Shown: in pieces, positions 10,525-21,027 of the stretch
Position numbering within the stretch: the stretch's first letter is position 1
Layout of the letters: every line of letters begins with the position of its first letter
Assembly: GCA_045594445.1 (NCBI GenBank)
Contig: JAZNYL010000006.1
Coordinates: 1-59,497, forward strand
Reading direction: 5' to 3'
Length of the DNA stretch: 59,497 bases
Source: Eubacteriales bacterium
Lineage (GTDB): Bacteria; Bacillota; Clostridia; Oscillospirales; CAG-272
Position numbers and translations under genes: made by a program
Notes under the pieces: model-generated
Told to the model about the DNA's origin: nothing
What the model saw: the letters and a program-made list of their open reading frames with translations, nothing else
The model's database searches: none

Positions 10525-11256
10525 ATGAACAACTGTGAGAACAGCTATCCCAGACCTTTTTCCGGGCTGGAAGAGGCGTTGGGATACCGTTTTACAAACC
10601 CCTCCTATCTGCAAAGGGCGCTGACGCACTCCTCTTACTCCAACGAGCAGGGGGACAAGCATCACCATCTGCTTTGCAACGAGCGCCTGGAATTTTTGGG
10701 CGATTCGGTGCTCTCGCTGGTGGTCAGCCGCTATTTGTATTCCGCTTATCCCGACCTTGCGGAGGGTGAGCTGACCAGACTTCGCGCCGAGCTGGTTTGC
10801 GAGCGCGCGCTGTCTTCCTTTGCCGACGAGATCAGCCTTGGCGATTATCTGCTTTTGGGCGTGGGCGAGGAGAAAAACCGCGGCAGAGAGCGCAAGTCGA
10901 TCCTGGCCGATGCCTTTGAGGCTATGCTGGCAGCCATTTATCTGGACGCGGGAGATCTTGGCATCGTCCGCGTGACCGAGCTGCTTTTGCCCTTTATTCA
11001 AAGGGAAATTGCCAATGCAAGCCATGCCGGCAGCCGCGACTATAAAACGCTTTTGCAGCAATTCGTGCAGCAGACCGAGGGCGATTTTCTGGAATACGTT
11101 ACGGTGGGAGAGAGCGGTCCCGACCATCAGAAGACCTTTACGGTGGAGGCAAGACTCAATTCCAACGTTATCGGACGCGGAACCGGACAGTCCAAGCGCC
11201 GTGCCGAGCAAAGCGCGGCACGTCAGGCACTTGAGCTGTTTGGCGTACAGCCATGA
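10525..11256 (+). CDS. rnc: Ribonuclease III
   Basis: ALTHSS, NERLEFLGDSVL, LADAFEA, dsRBD DYKTLLQQ..GPDHQKTF. Confidence 0.97.
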   Translation: MNNCENSYPRPFSGLEEALGYRFTNPSYLQRALTHSSYSNEQGDKHHHLLCNERLEFLGDSVLSLVVSRYLYSAYPDLAEGELTRLRAELVCERALSSFADEISLGDYLLLGVGEEKNRGRERKSILADAFEAMLAAIYLDAGDLGIVRVTELLLPFIQREIANASHAGSRDYKTLLQQFVQQTEGDFLEYVTVGESGPDHQKTFTVEARLNSNVIGRGTGQSKRRAEQSAARQALELFGVQP

Positions 11257-12281
11257 GCCGACACCTCAATATTCCCATCTTCATTCCGCACTTAGGTTGC
11301 CCGCATACCTGCGTATTTTGCAATCAGCGCAGCATTTCGGGCGCGCAGTCGTTTGATCGCGAGAGCGTGGACGCGCAGATCCGTGAAGCCCTTGTCACAA
11401 CGTGCGAGGGCGATACGGCTGAGATCGCCTATTTTGGCGGCTCGTTTACAGGGATCGACCATGATCTGATGACATACCTTCTGGACGTGGCCGAGCGATA
11501 CGTGCAGGCACCTCTTCGGGGCGCAGCACGCGTCCGCGGCATTCGCATGTCCACAAGACCGGACTACATATCCCCCGAGATCCTTTCGGTTCTGTCACGC
11601 TACAGCGTCAGAACGGTGGAGCTTGGTGTGCAGAGCATGGATGACGCCGTGCTTGCAGCATCCGGACGCGGGCACAGCTCCGCGTGCGCAGAGCAGGCCT
11701 GCCGCATGCTTTTGGAGGCGGGATACGACGTGGTGGGACAAATGATGATCGGCTTGCCGGGCAGCACGCTTCAAAGCGAGGTGCGTACGGCACAGAGGCT
11801 GTGCGAGCTTGGCGTACAGGGCGCGCGGGTATATCCCACGGTGGTCTTTGCAGATACCGAGCTTTGCCGCATGATGCAGAGCGGTGCGTATACGCCGCTG
11901 ACAACAGAGCAGGCCGTGCAGCGCAGCGCAGAGGTGCTTGGAGTCTTTGAGCGGAGCGGCGTGCCCGTGATCCGCATCGGCCTTTGCGCGTCGGATCACC
12001 TGACCGATCCTGCGTGTGCGGTTGCGGGAGCCAACCATCCGGCGATGGGCGAGCTTGTGCGAAGCGAGCTGTACTACAAAAAACTCAGAGAATTGCTGTG
12101 CGGTGCGCAAGCACCCGTGCAGACAATATATATTCCTGCCCGCGAGCTGTCGGTTGCCATCGGACAGCACAGGCAGAATCTTTTGCGACTCCGAGAGGAA
12201 TTCGGCGCATCGCTGCGGCTGGTAGCCGCCGATTGCCCGAGTCCTACACTACAAGAAAAGGAGACGGAACAGTGTACTTAA
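11253..12281 (+). CDS. Radical SAM protein (Elp3-like), conserved between rnc and smc
   Basis: PIFIPHLGCPHTCVFCNQ (CxxxCxxC), YFGGSFT, STRPDYI, ELGVQS. Confidence 0.88.
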   Translation: MSRHLNIPIFIPHLGCPHTCVFCNQRSISGAQSFDRESVDAQIREALVTTCEGDTAEIAYFGGSFTGIDHDLMTYLLDVAERYVQAPLRGAARVRGIRMSTRPDYISPEILSVLSRYSVRTVELGVQSMDDAVLAASGRGHSSACAEQACRMLLEAGYDVVGQMMIGLPGSTLQSEVRTAQRLCELGVQGARVYPTVVFADTELCRMMQSGAYTPLTTEQAVQRSAEVLGVFERSGVPVIRIGLCASDHLTDPACAVAGANHPAMGELVRSELYYKKLRELLCGAQAPVQTIYIPARELSVAIGQHRQNLLRLREEFGASLRLVAADCPSPTLQEKETEQCT

Positions 12282-15200
12282 AATCGATTGAATTACAAGG
12301 CTTCAAGTCCTTCCCGGACAGAACCAAGCTGGTGTTTGACAACGGCATGGTGGGCGAGCAGGCGGGTGTAACAGTCATCGTCGGCCCGAACGGAAGCGGC
12401 AAGTCCAACATCGCGGATGCGATGCGTTGGGTGCTTGGCGAAATTTCGTCCAAATCCCTGCGCGGTACCAAGATGGAGGACGTCATTTTCGGCGGTGCGG
12501 ACAGCCGTCGCCCCATGGGTTATGCGGAGGTATCCGTTACCTTTGACAACACGGGTGAATTTGCAAAGCTGGATTGCCCTTACGACGAGGTAACCGTCAC
12601 AAGACGTTATTTCAGACAGGGCGAGAGTGAATATTTCATCAACCGCCGCGCGGTCAGACTGCGCGACATTTACGAGCTTTTCATGAATACGGGTATCGGC
12701 CGTGACGGTTATTCCATCATCGGACAGGGCCGAATTGCCGAAATGGTATCCCGTAAGAGCGACGAACGACGCAGCACCTTTGAGGACGCCTCGGGTATTG
12801 CCAAGTACCGTCATAAAAAGAACGAGGCCGAGAGAAAGCTGGCCAAGGCAGAGGAGAATATGGTGCGTATTATGGACGTGTTCTCCGAAGTGCAGGCACA
12901 GGTAGGCCCTTTGGAAAAGGAAGCAGGCAAGGCCAAGCGCGCCATTGAGCTCATGGAGTCCAAAAAGCGTGCGGACGTCAGCCTGTGGCTGTACGATACC
13001 GAGCGCTTCAGATCCGAGATCAGCGTGGCCGAGGAGGCCTTGAAGCACTCTGCCTTTGATCTGCAAACGGCTGAGGAATCCCTGCAGTCCATGGAAAAGC
13101 AGAACGACCGCTTGTTTGAGGCGTCGCAGTCCAACAAGATGGCCTCCGAGCAACTGCTGACGCAGATCCGCGAGCAGACGCAGGAAAATCACACGTTGGA
13201 CAGCGAATTCCGCGTGACCGAGAGCAATATTGCGCACACCAAGGAGCTGATTGAGGCAACCACCTCCTCCATGGCACTCTCGCAAAAGAATATGGAGCAG
13301 GAGCAGGCGGCTTGCGGTGAGCACTCCGCGCGCATCCTTGCGCTTGGCGAGCAGAATGCAAAGCTGGAGCAGGAGCAGGCAGACATTGCCGACGAGATCC
13401 GCACCACCAGAGCAAAAATTGCGGTGCTGGAGGCAGATATTGCCACCGCACTTGCCGATATCCGCGAGGCCGAGGCAGAGGCAACCGATATCCGCGTGCG
13501 TATTTCGGTCTTGGAGAACGCCAAGAACAGCGGCAGCGACCGTAACAGCGATATCCTTGCCGATATGGAGACCTATGAGCGTGCGCTTGAGGCGCTGGCA
13601 AAGCAGAGCGCCGACAAGCAGAAGACGATTGCGGACTATCAGAAGGCGATCGACGAGGCGAGCGCCGAAATCGAAGCATATAACGGCAAGCTGACCGCGC
13701 TCAACGGCACTTACGGTGAGCTTTCCGAGCAGCTCAGTGCTGCGATTCTGCGCCGTGATTCGGCAAAGCAGCGCATTCAGACCTTCAAGCACATGGAAGA
13801 AAGCTTTGAGGGCTATGCAAACAGTGTGCGCTTTATCATGAACCGCTATGCCGAGGGCAAGATCACCGCGTACGGCGGTGCACCCTGCGGCAAGATCTAC
13901 GGCCCGCTTTCCAAGGTGGTGTCGGTAGATGAAAAATACGTCACCGCCATTGAAACCGCGCTGGGAGCCAACCTGCAGCATATCGTGGTGGACGACGAGG
14001 AAACCGCCAAGGCGGCTATGTACGCGCTCAAGAAGGGCGAGGCGGGCAGAGCAACCTTCTTCCCCCTGACCTCCATGCGTGCCTCCACACCCACGCCGGA
14101 AATGCGTGAGGCGTCCGGCTATCGCGGCTATATTGCCGTGGCGGACACCTTACTGGATTGCGACGATAAATTCCGCGGCGTGGTCTCCTCTCTGATCGGA
14201 AGAACCCTGATCTTTGATACCATCGACAATGCCACCGCCATGGCAAAGGCGCTGCGCTACCGCGTGCGCGTGGTCACTCTGGACGGTCAGCAGATCAACG
14301 TGGGAGGCTCGTTTACGGGCGGATCTGTGCGTCAGGGCACGGGCGTGCTTGGCAGAGCAGCCGAGATCAAGAGATTGGAAGAGACTGCTGCCGCTTGTCA
14401 GAAGGAAATTGACAAGCTGCAAAAGAGCATTGAGCAGATCAAGCAGGATATTGGCGATGCAACCGACGACAAGACCTCCTGCGAGGATCGCCGTGAACTT
14501 TTGGGCGTTCTTCTGAGCACCGAAAACGCACAGCTGGAGCAGATCAACGCAAAGATCGAGGCCAACAACACGCTGCTTGAAAAGATGCGCCAGGACTACG
14601 AGCAGATCATCGCCATGAGCGAGAGATACGAGGAGGATCTGGCCGTGCTGCAGGCGGACGAGCGACGCGCTGCCAACGTGGTCAAGGAGATCACCGCGCT
14701 GCGCCAGAAGAAGGACGAGCAGCGACTGGATCTGGAGGATCACGTGGCCGATCTCAACGACCGCATGACTGCCGTGATCATCAGGATCAGCGAAACCGCC
14801 AAGGATACAGAAACCGAGCACACGCTGTTGGGCGTTTGCCGCACGCGCGTGGAAATGTACGCCGAGGAGATCCGCGCCTCCCGCGAGAGAATTATCTCGC
14901 TTGAGGACATGATCGAGGGCTACACGGTATTCCAGGCAGACAACAGAGAAAAATTCGAGGCGGGACAGGAAAGATTGCGCGAGCTCAACGCCAAGCGTGC
15001 CGAGATTGAAAGCGACAGCATGGACTTTGAGAAAAAGCTCAATGAAATGAATAACCGCATGCGCGATAAGATGAACCAGAAGGAGATCATCTTCCGCGAA
15101 TATACCAAATGCGAGACCAAGCTTGCCAATTTGCGCGACGAGTTGGATAAGCTGTCAAGCAAGCTCTGGGATGACTACGAAATGACCAGAGCCGACGCGA

Positions 15201-15925
15201 TTGCGCTGGGATACCCCGCAGTCACGCCTGAAAACCGCCGCGAAATGGTTGCTCTGCAGACCGAATGCCGCAACAAGCTGCGCGCGATTGGTCACGTCGA
15301 CCTTGGTGCGGTGGAAAAATATCAGGACGTCAAGAAGAGATACGACGAGATGAACGAGCAGATCACCGATCTGGAAAAATCCAGAGCCGAGACGCTCAAG
15401 ATCATTGCCGAGCTGGAGGCCGAGATGAAGGCTGTCTTCGTGGAGTCCTTCAATCAGATCAACGAGAACTTCGGCAGAGTTTTTGCCGAGCTGTTCGGCG
15501 GCGGCTCTGCCGAGCTGTCCCTGTCCGATCCCGATAACATTCTGGAGTCGGGCATTGAGATCAAGGCGGCACCTCCCGGAAAGATCATCAAGAATCTGAT
15601 GCAGCTTTCTGGTGGCGAGCAGGCGTTTATCGGCGTTGCGCTGTTCTTCGCCATCCTCAAGGTCAATCCCACTCCGTTCTGTATTCTGGACGAGATTGAG
15701 GCAGCGCTTGACGAGGTCAACGTAGAAAGACTTGCGCAGTACATCAAGAGGTACACCGACGGCACACAGTTCATCATGATCACGCACCGTCGCGGTACCA
15801 TGGCTGCTGCGACCAGACTGTACGGCGTCACCATGCCCGAGCACGGTATTTCCAAGGTGCTGACGCTGGACGTCAACGATATCGAGAAACAAAAGGAGAG
15901 TAACTGGGATGGCATTTTTGGATAA
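12272..15925 (+). CDS. smc: Chromosome segregation protein SMC
   Basis: GTG start after AAGGAG; LQGFKSF, GPNGSGKSN, hinge domain, LSGGEQ, ILDEIEAALD, ITHRRGTM. Confidence 0.97.
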   Translation: MYLKSIELQGFKSFPDRTKLVFDNGMVGEQAGVTVIVGPNGSGKSNIADAMRWVLGEISSKSLRGTKMEDVIFGGADSRRPMGYAEVSVTFDNTGEFAKLDCPYDEVTVTRRYFRQGESEYFINRRAVRLRDIYELFMNTGIGRDGYSIIGQGRIAEMVSRKSDERRSTFEDASGIAKYRHKKNEAERKLAKAEENMVRIMDVFSEVQAQVGPLEKEAGKAKRAIELMESKKRADVSLWLYDTERFRSEISVAEEALKHSAFDLQTAEESLQSMEKQNDRLFEASQSNKMASEQLLTQIREQTQENHTLDSEFRVTESNIAHTKELIEATTSSMALSQKNMEQEQAACGEHSARILALGEQNAKLEQEQADIADEIRTTRAKIAVLEADIATALADIREAEAEATDIRVRISVLENAKNSGSDRNSDILADMETYERALEALAKQSADKQKTIADYQKAIDEASAEIEAYNGKLTALNGTYGELSEQLSAAILRRDSAKQRIQTFKHMEESFEGYANSVRFIMNRYAEGKITAYGGAPCGKIYGPLSKVVSVDEKYVTAIETALGANLQHIVVDDEETAKAAMYALKKGEAGRATFFPLTSMRASTPTPEMREASGYRGYIAVADTLLDCDDKFRGVVSSLIGRTLIFDTIDNATAMAKALRYRVRVVTLDGQQINVGGSFTGGSVRQGTGVLGRAAEIKRLEETAAACQKEIDKLQKSIEQIKQDIGDATDDKTSCEDRRELLGVLLSTENAQLEQINAKIEANNTLLEKMRQDYEQIIAMSERYEEDLAVLQADERRAANVVKEITALRQKKDEQRLDLEDHVADLNDRMTAVIIRISETAKDTETEHTLLGVCRTRVEMYAEEIRASRERIISLEDMIEGYTVFQADNREKFEAGQERLRELNAKRAEIESDSMDFEKKLNEMNNRMRDKMNQKEIIFREYTKCETKLANLRDELDKLSSKLWDDYEMTRADAIALGYPAVTPENRREMVALQTECRNKLRAIGHVDLGAVEKYQDVKKRYDEMNEQITDLEKSRAETLKIIAELEAEMKAVFVESFNQINENFGRVFAELFGGGSAELSLSDPDNILESGIEIKAAPPGKIIKNLMQLSGGEQAFIGVALFFAILKVNPTPFCILDEIEAALDEVNVERLAQYIKRYTDGTQFIMITHRRGTMAAATRLYGVTMPEHGISKVLTLDVNDIEKQKESNWDGIFG

Positions 15926-16817
15926 ACTCAAGGCCGGACTCAAAAAGACCAAGGACGCGCTGTTCGGCAAGGTCCATAACGTGCTTTCAAATTTCGTCCG
16001 CGTGGACGAGGATCTGCTGGACGAGCTGGAAGAGCTTCTGATTGAGGCAGACGTCGGCGTAGGCGCGACCGAGGAGATCATCGAGGAGCTCCGCGAGCGC
16101 ATCAAGGACGGCAGAATCAAGGAAAAAGAAGACGTCATGCAGGCTTTGCAGGAGCTGCTGACTGATATGATCGGAGAGGGTGGCCCGCTCAACCTCTCCA
16201 CAACCCCGTCGGTCGTGCTGGTCATCGGCGTCAACGGCGCGGGCAAGACTACCTCGATCGGTAAGATCTCCAACCGCCTGAGAGCCGAAGGCAAAAAGGT
16301 GGTTGTAGCAGCTGCGGATACCTTCCGTGCGGCTGCAATCGACCAGCTGCAGGTGTGGTGTGACCGTGCGGGCGTGGAAATGGTGCGTCAGAACGAGGGC
16401 AGCGATCCTGCGGCCGTGGTGTTTGATGCCATCAACTACGCAAAGAAAAAGCAGGCTGACGTGCTGATCATCGATACCGCAGGCAGACTGCACAACAAGA
16501 CCAATCTGATGAACGAGCTGGCCAAGATCAACCGCGTGATCGACCGCGAGCTGCCCGGCGCAGCAAGAGAAAACCTCTTGGTGCTGGACGCAACCACCGG
16601 TCAGAACGCCATCATTCAGGCCAAGGAATTCGGCAAGGCTGCTAACATTACGGGCCTGACGCTCAACAAGCTGGACGGCACCGCCAAGGGCGGTATCGTG
16701 CTTTCCATCAAGCGTGAGCTGGGCATCCCCGTCAAGTTTATCGGCGTGGGTGAAAAGATTGACGACATGCAGGAATTCGTGGCTGCCGACTTTATCAAGG
16801 CACTTTTTGAACAGTAA
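15909..16817 (+). CDS. ftsY: Signal recognition particle receptor FtsY
   Basis: [30 protein letters not shown]. Confidence 0.97.
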   Translation: MAFLDKLKAGLKKTKDALFGKVHNVLSNFVRVDEDLLDELEELLIEADVGVGATEEIIEELRERIKDGRIKEKEDVMQALQELLTDMIGEGGPLNLSTTPSVVLVIGVNGAGKTTSIGKISNRLRAEGKKVVVAAADTFRAAAIDQLQVWCDRAGVEMVRQNEGSDPAAVVFDAINYAKKKQADVLIIDTAGRLHNKTNLMNELAKINRVIDRELPGAARENLLVLDATTGQNAIIQAKEFGKAANITGLTLNKLDGTAKGGIVLSIKRELGIPVKFIGVGEKIDDMQEFVAADFIKALFEQ

Positions 16818-16821
16818 AGAT

Positions 16822-17427
16822 ATGAAAATCGTACTTGCATCACACAATCCAAAAAAGATCAAGGAGCTGCGCGAGATTCTCGCCGCAGCAGAGCTTGACG
16901 CAGAAATTCTGTCTCTTGACGACGTTGGGTTGACCGACGAGATCGAAGAGGACGGCACCACCTTTGCCGAGAACGCGTTTATCAAGGCGCATGCGGCCGC
17001 AAAGAGCGGATATATCGGCGTGGGTGACGACTCGGGGCTTGAGGTGTACGCGCTGGACCGTGCTCCCGGCATTTACAGCGCACGCTATAGCGGAGAGCAC
17101 GGCGACGACGAGGCCAACAATCAGCTGCTGCTGCGCAATCTTGCAGACAAGCAGGACAGAAGCGGCGCGTTCGTCTGCTGCATTGCCTGCGTTTTCCCCG
17201 AGGATCTTTCAAAGGGATATTACTTTGAGGGCAGAACCGAGGGCGAGATCACACACGAATACAGAGGTGCGCACGGCTTTGGCTACGATCCGCTCTTCTA
17301 CTACCCGCCCATGGAGAAAACCTATGCCGAGATGACGGCAGAGGAGAAAAACGGCATCAGTCACCGCGGCAAGGCTATGCAGCTGCTGGTGAAATTTTTG
17401 GTGCAGCATGAAAATGGAGAACAATAA
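16822..17427 (+). CDS. rdgB: dITP/XTP pyrophosphatase (RdgB/HAM1)
   Basis: [38 protein letters not shown]. Confidence 0.95.
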   Translation: MKIVLASHNPKKIKELREILAAAELDAEILSLDDVGLTDEIEEDGTTFAENAFIKAHAAAKSGYIGVGDDSGLEVYALDRAPGIYSARYSGEHGDDEANNQLLLRNLADKQDRSGAFVCCIACVFPEDLSKGYYFEGRTEGEITHEYRGAHGFGYDPLFYYPPMEKTYAEMTAEEKNGISHRGKAMQLLVKFLVQHENGEQ

Positions 17428-17431
17428 GACT

Positions 17432-17725
17432 ATGATTACAAGTAAGCAAAGAGCATATCTTCGCAGCCTTGCCACCGACCTGCCCACCATTATGCAGATC
17501 GGCAAGGGCGGACTTGGCGAGAATATGATCAAAACGTTTTCCGACGCGCTTGATGCCAGAGAGCTGATCAAGCTGGGCGTTTTGGATAACTGTGAATATA
17601 CCCCCAGAGAGGCAGCCGATGCGCTTGGCGAGGCGCTGGGTGCCGAGGTGTGCGGCGTGATCGGCAAAAAGATCATTTTGTACCGCCACTCCGAGAAAAA
17701 GAAGAATCGCATCGAGCTTCCTTAA
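17432..17725 (+). CDS. yhbY: RNA-binding protein YhbY (CRM domain)
   Basis: ITSKQRAYLRSLA..QIGKGG..RELIK..IGKKIILYR. The start could also be 17408 or 17414. Confidence 0.92.
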   Translation: MITSKQRAYLRSLATDLPTIMQIGKGGLGENMIKTFSDALDARELIKLGVLDNCEYTPREAADALGEALGAEVCGVIGKKIILYRHSEKKKNRIELP

Positions 17726-17727
17726 GT

Positions 17728-18330
17728 ATGCTGCGTATCGGTATTTACGGAGGCACGTTTTCCCCCGTGCACCAAGGCCACGTAGCGGCGGCTAAAGCGT
17801 TTATGGAGCAGATGTGGCTGGACGTGTTATACGTCATTCCCACAGGCGTGACGCCGCATAAGCAAATGGACGGTGAGGTCACGGCAGCCGAGAGACTGCG
17901 CATGTGCGAGCTTGCATTCTCGGACGTGGAGGGTGTGATCGTCAGCGATATGGAGATCAGACGAGAGGGCAAAAGCTTTACGGTGGACACCCTGCAGGCA
18001 CTTTCGGGTGACGACCGCCGCCTGTTTTTGCTTCTGGGCACGGATATGATGCTCACGCTTGGCTCATGGCGCTCGCCCGAGCGCATCTTTGATTTGTGCT
18101 ATCCCGTCTATATCCGCCGCGAGAGCGACAAGGCGTTGGACGAGGAGATCGTGCAAAAGATCGCGGAATACAACCAAGCCTACGGTAAGGTGGTGCGCAG
18201 GATCGTGTCCGACCCCATCGAGGTCAGCTCAACAGAGGTCAGAGAGCGCATTCGTGCAGGGCAGAGCATCGAAGGCCTTGTGCCCGCGCGCGTGGCTGCA
18301 TATATAGAGGAAAACGGATTATATTTATGA
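17728..18330 (+). CDS. nadD: Nicotinate-nucleotide adenylyltransferase
   Basis: GIYGGTFSPVHQGH, SFTVDTL, VSSTEVRE, YIEENGLY. Confidence 0.95.
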   Translation: MLRIGIYGGTFSPVHQGHVAAAKAFMEQMWLDVLYVIPTGVTPHKQMDGEVTAAERLRMCELAFSDVEGVIVSDMEIRREGKSFTVDTLQALSGDDRRLFLLLGTDMMLTLGSWRSPERIFDLCYPVYIRRESDKALDEEIVQKIAEYNQAYGKVVRRIVSDPIEVSSTEVRERIRAGQSIEGLVPARVAAYIEENGLYL

Positions 18331-18965
18331 GAGAATACAACCAAAGCGAAATTTTGACGCTGCGCAAGCGCGTCATGGCGGATATGTCCGAAAAGCGTGC
18401 GCGGCACACGCTGGCCGTTGAACAAATGGCAGCAAGATTGGCAGCGCTCTATTGCCCCGAGAAGGAGCAGGTGCTGCGCGTTGCGGCGCTGTTGCACGAC
18501 GTGACCAAGGAGTGGAAGACCGATCGCCACGTGGCGTTTCTGACCGAGCGTGGCGTGGAGGTAAGTGCGCTTGACGTGGCAGCCCCCAAGACGCTGCACG
18601 CAAGAACGGCCGCGCTGCTCATTCCCGAGGAGTTTGTGGAGTTTGCCGATCCCGAGGTGATCTCTGCGGTACGCTTTCACACCACGGGCAGGGAAGGCAT
18701 GACGCTCTGCGAGCAGATCGTGTACCTTGCCGACTATATCGACGAGTCGCGCACCTTCCCCGATTGCGTCACCTTGCGTCATGCATTCTGGGATGCAGAG
18801 CCCGAGAAAATGCCTGAAGACGCGCGCCGGGAGCACCTTTCTCGCGTGCTGGTGCAGTCGTTTGACATGACCATCGTGGGACTTTTGGAGGACGGCGCAC
18901 CCGTCAGTCCGGACACGTTTTGTGCCAGAAACAGTCTGATTTTGCAACTGAGAATTGAAAAATAA
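18327..18965 (+). CDS. yqeK: Ap4A hydrolase YqeK (HD domain)
   Basis: RARHTLAV, LLHDVTKE, LHARTAA, HTTG, LADYIDESR; nadD-yqeK-rsfS synteny. Confidence 0.9.
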   Translation: MREYNQSEILTLRKRVMADMSEKRARHTLAVEQMAARLAALYCPEKEQVLRVAALLHDVTKEWKTDRHVAFLTERGVEVSALDVAAPKTLHARTAALLIPEEFVEFADPEVISAVRFHTTGREGMTLCEQIVYLADYIDESRTFPDCVTLRHAFWDAEPEKMPEDARREHLSRVLVQSFDMTIVGLLEDGAPVSPDTFCARNSLILQLRIEK

Positions 18966-18990
18966 ACCGAAAATTGAAAGGAATACACAC

Positions 18991-19362
18991 ATGGAAGAGA
19001 TCCTGAACAATGAAAACGCAAAGAAGCCCTCGCTGGTCGGTGCAACCCCTCTGCAGCTGGCAGAAGCCATTGCCGAGATTTTAGAGGACACCAGAGCCAA
19101 GGACGTCAAGATCGTAGAGATCAAGGAAAAGACCGACATCGCGGATTATTTCGTGCTGGCAAACGGTACCTCCTCCACGCACGTCAAGGCGCTGGCAGGT
19201 GAGGTCGAGTTTAAGATGGAGGAGAGAGAGATCAAGGCCGAGGCCGTTGAGGGCAGAGGCAACAACTCCTGGATCGTGCTGGACTACAGCCACGTTATCG
19301 TGCACGTGTTCAGCCGCGAGGCAAGAGAATTCTACGATTTGGACAGACTGTACGGAGACTGA
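18991..19362 (+). CDS. rsfS: Ribosome silencing factor RsfS
   Basis: ADYFVLANGTSSTHVKALA, WIVLDYSHVIVHVF..REFYDLDRLY. Confidence 0.95.
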   Translation: MEEILNNENAKKPSLVGATPLQLAEAIAEILEDTRAKDVKIVEIKEKTDIADYFVLANGTSSTHVKALAGEVEFKMEEREIKAEAVEGRGNNSWIVLDYSHVIVHVFSREAREFYDLDRLYGD

Positions 19363-19409
19363 TTCCGAGTCATTCACAAAATATTAACAAACGTTTTTTG
19401 GCGAAAATC

Positions 19410-19448
19410 GGAACGAAAACACATTTTTCCCGACTGTATAGATAGAAG
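19410..19448 (+). promoter_or_regulatory. Putative ECF-sigma promoter
   Basis: GGAAC-N16-CGACT followed by GTATAGATAGAAG; near-identical architecture at 29897-29935. Confidence 0.65.
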
Positions 19449-19482
19449 CCCCCAACCGTTTGATGATTTGGAGGAAATGTCT

Positions 19483-21027
19483 ATGAAGAAAAATATCACA
19501 GCCATAATCAAGAGCATGACGGCAGGCGCGACAGCAATTTTGCTATGCGTCCTTGCCGTCATGCCTTCTTTTGCAGCCATTGAGCCACCCATGGGACTTG
19601 GCGGCAACGAGCCGGGCGGCGTGATGGTGGTGGACGGCAAAACCGATCTGGCTCTTGAGGGTGCGGAGCTTACGTTTGATATTTCCGACCTGCCCGACGG
19701 CGTGATGGATGATGCCGAGCAGCTGCTTACATACGGTGCGCAGGTAAGGGCAACGTACACGCTGTATAACCCCACCGACCGGACCGTGACAGAGCAGCTG
19801 GCCACGCCGCTTCGCTGCTATCCGTATTTTGATCAGACCGAGGATGAGAATGCCGATGCGTATAAATTCACGGTGGAGATCAACGGTCAGAAGACCCAAA
19901 CCAAGCAGCGTCATACCTATTATTCCGACCCGTATTACTACGTGCAAGGCCTGGCCGGTGACACGCAGCATCTTGCAAACGAACTTGCGTATCTGTCGGC
20001 CGAGTGCGCAGCAAATCCCGTGCTGCAGCCCGACGCACCCGTTTACGTATATACGTATCTTGCCGCCCTTGATGCAAAGGATGCAGAGGATAAAAACTTT
20101 GAGGTCAGCGGCAGCGTCAAGGCCGATCCCGATACGTGTGCCGTGCTGACTGCCGGTCTTTTGGTCACAGAGGTGCAAGGAGTCACGGCAACTCTGTATA
20201 GACACGTTTACATGAGTGATGAGCTTACGGTCTGCTTTGTCGGAGAGGATGCAGGCGAGATTGATTGGACGGTCAGTGATCATGAAGGAAACGAGGGCGA
20301 TGTCAAAGTGACACTGACCTCGCGCCAAAGCATAACTCTTTATGAGTTTGTGATGCAGGGGTACGATCCTGAGTGCGGTGCGTCCGAGCAGGATTATTTC
20401 CTTGCCGTGATGGCGTACGCGGATCTGAAGCGAGAACAGGACTCTGCCTTTATCCGCTTTGGAGATGCGATGGCCCTTGAGCCTTACCATCTCATTCCCT
20501 GGCAGCTCTTTGACGTAACGCTTGCTCCGGGTGAGCGCGTGAGTGTGACCGTGACTGCGCCCATTTATCCGTGCATACACGATTATTATCATCCGCCCGT
20601 TTATACCTACGCCTTTGCCATGACGCAGGACGATGCATGGAGCTCTTGCGGCACAACGCGCGTCCGCGTGATCACGGATCTGCTGCTTAGCAGACGTGAA
20701 AGAATGCTCCCCGAGATCGGCGAGTACACCGAATCGGAGGATGGATATACCTGGGAAGGGCAGGGGGATTTTCACTATTTTGTCTTTTCGATCTGCGAGA
20801 GTGAAAGACCGCGTGACACGTCGCTCCCCATTATTGTACTTGCAGGGCTGTTCATGATCGCGGTGCTGTTCGTGATCTTCGTGCTGCCCGTATTGATCGT
20901 GATTGCGGTGATTGTGCTGATCGTTTTGTTGATCCTGCGCGCCAAAAAGCGCAAGAAGAAACGGATGGCAGAGCAGAGTGATGCGCCGCCGAAGGAGCAG
21001 GAAAAGGAGAAAAACGATGAAGAGTAA
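19483..21027 (+). CDS. Secreted, C-terminally membrane-anchored hypothetical protein, paralog 1 (DUF4424-like pattern)
   Basis: Signal peptide ending SFA-A; motifs LTFDI, YTLYNPT, VEINGQ, VTLAPGE; long hydrophobic C-terminal segment plus Lys/Arg tail. Confidence 0.8.
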   Translation: MKKNITAIIKSMTAGATAILLCVLAVMPSFAAIEPPMGLGGNEPGGVMVVDGKTDLALEGAELTFDISDLPDGVMDDAEQLLTYGAQVRATYTLYNPTDRTVTEQLATPLRCYPYFDQTEDENADAYKFTVEINGQKTQTKQRHTYYSDPYYYVQGLAGDTQHLANELAYLSAECAANPVLQPDAPVYVYTYLAALDAKDAEDKNFEVSGSVKADPDTCAVLTAGLLVTEVQGVTATLYRHVYMSDELTVCFVGEDAGEIDWTVSDHEGNEGDVKVTLTSRQSITLYEFVMQGYDPECGASEQDYFLAVMAYADLKREQDSAFIRFGDAMALEPYHLIPWQLFDVTLAPGERVSVTVTAPIYPCIHDYYHPPVYTYAFAMTQDDAWSSCGTTRVRVITDLLLSRRERMLPEIGEYTESEDGYTWEGQGDFHYFVFSICESERPRDTSLPIIVLAGLFMIAVLFVIFVLPVLIVIAVIVLIVLLILRAKKRKKKRMAEQSDAPPKEQEKEKNDEE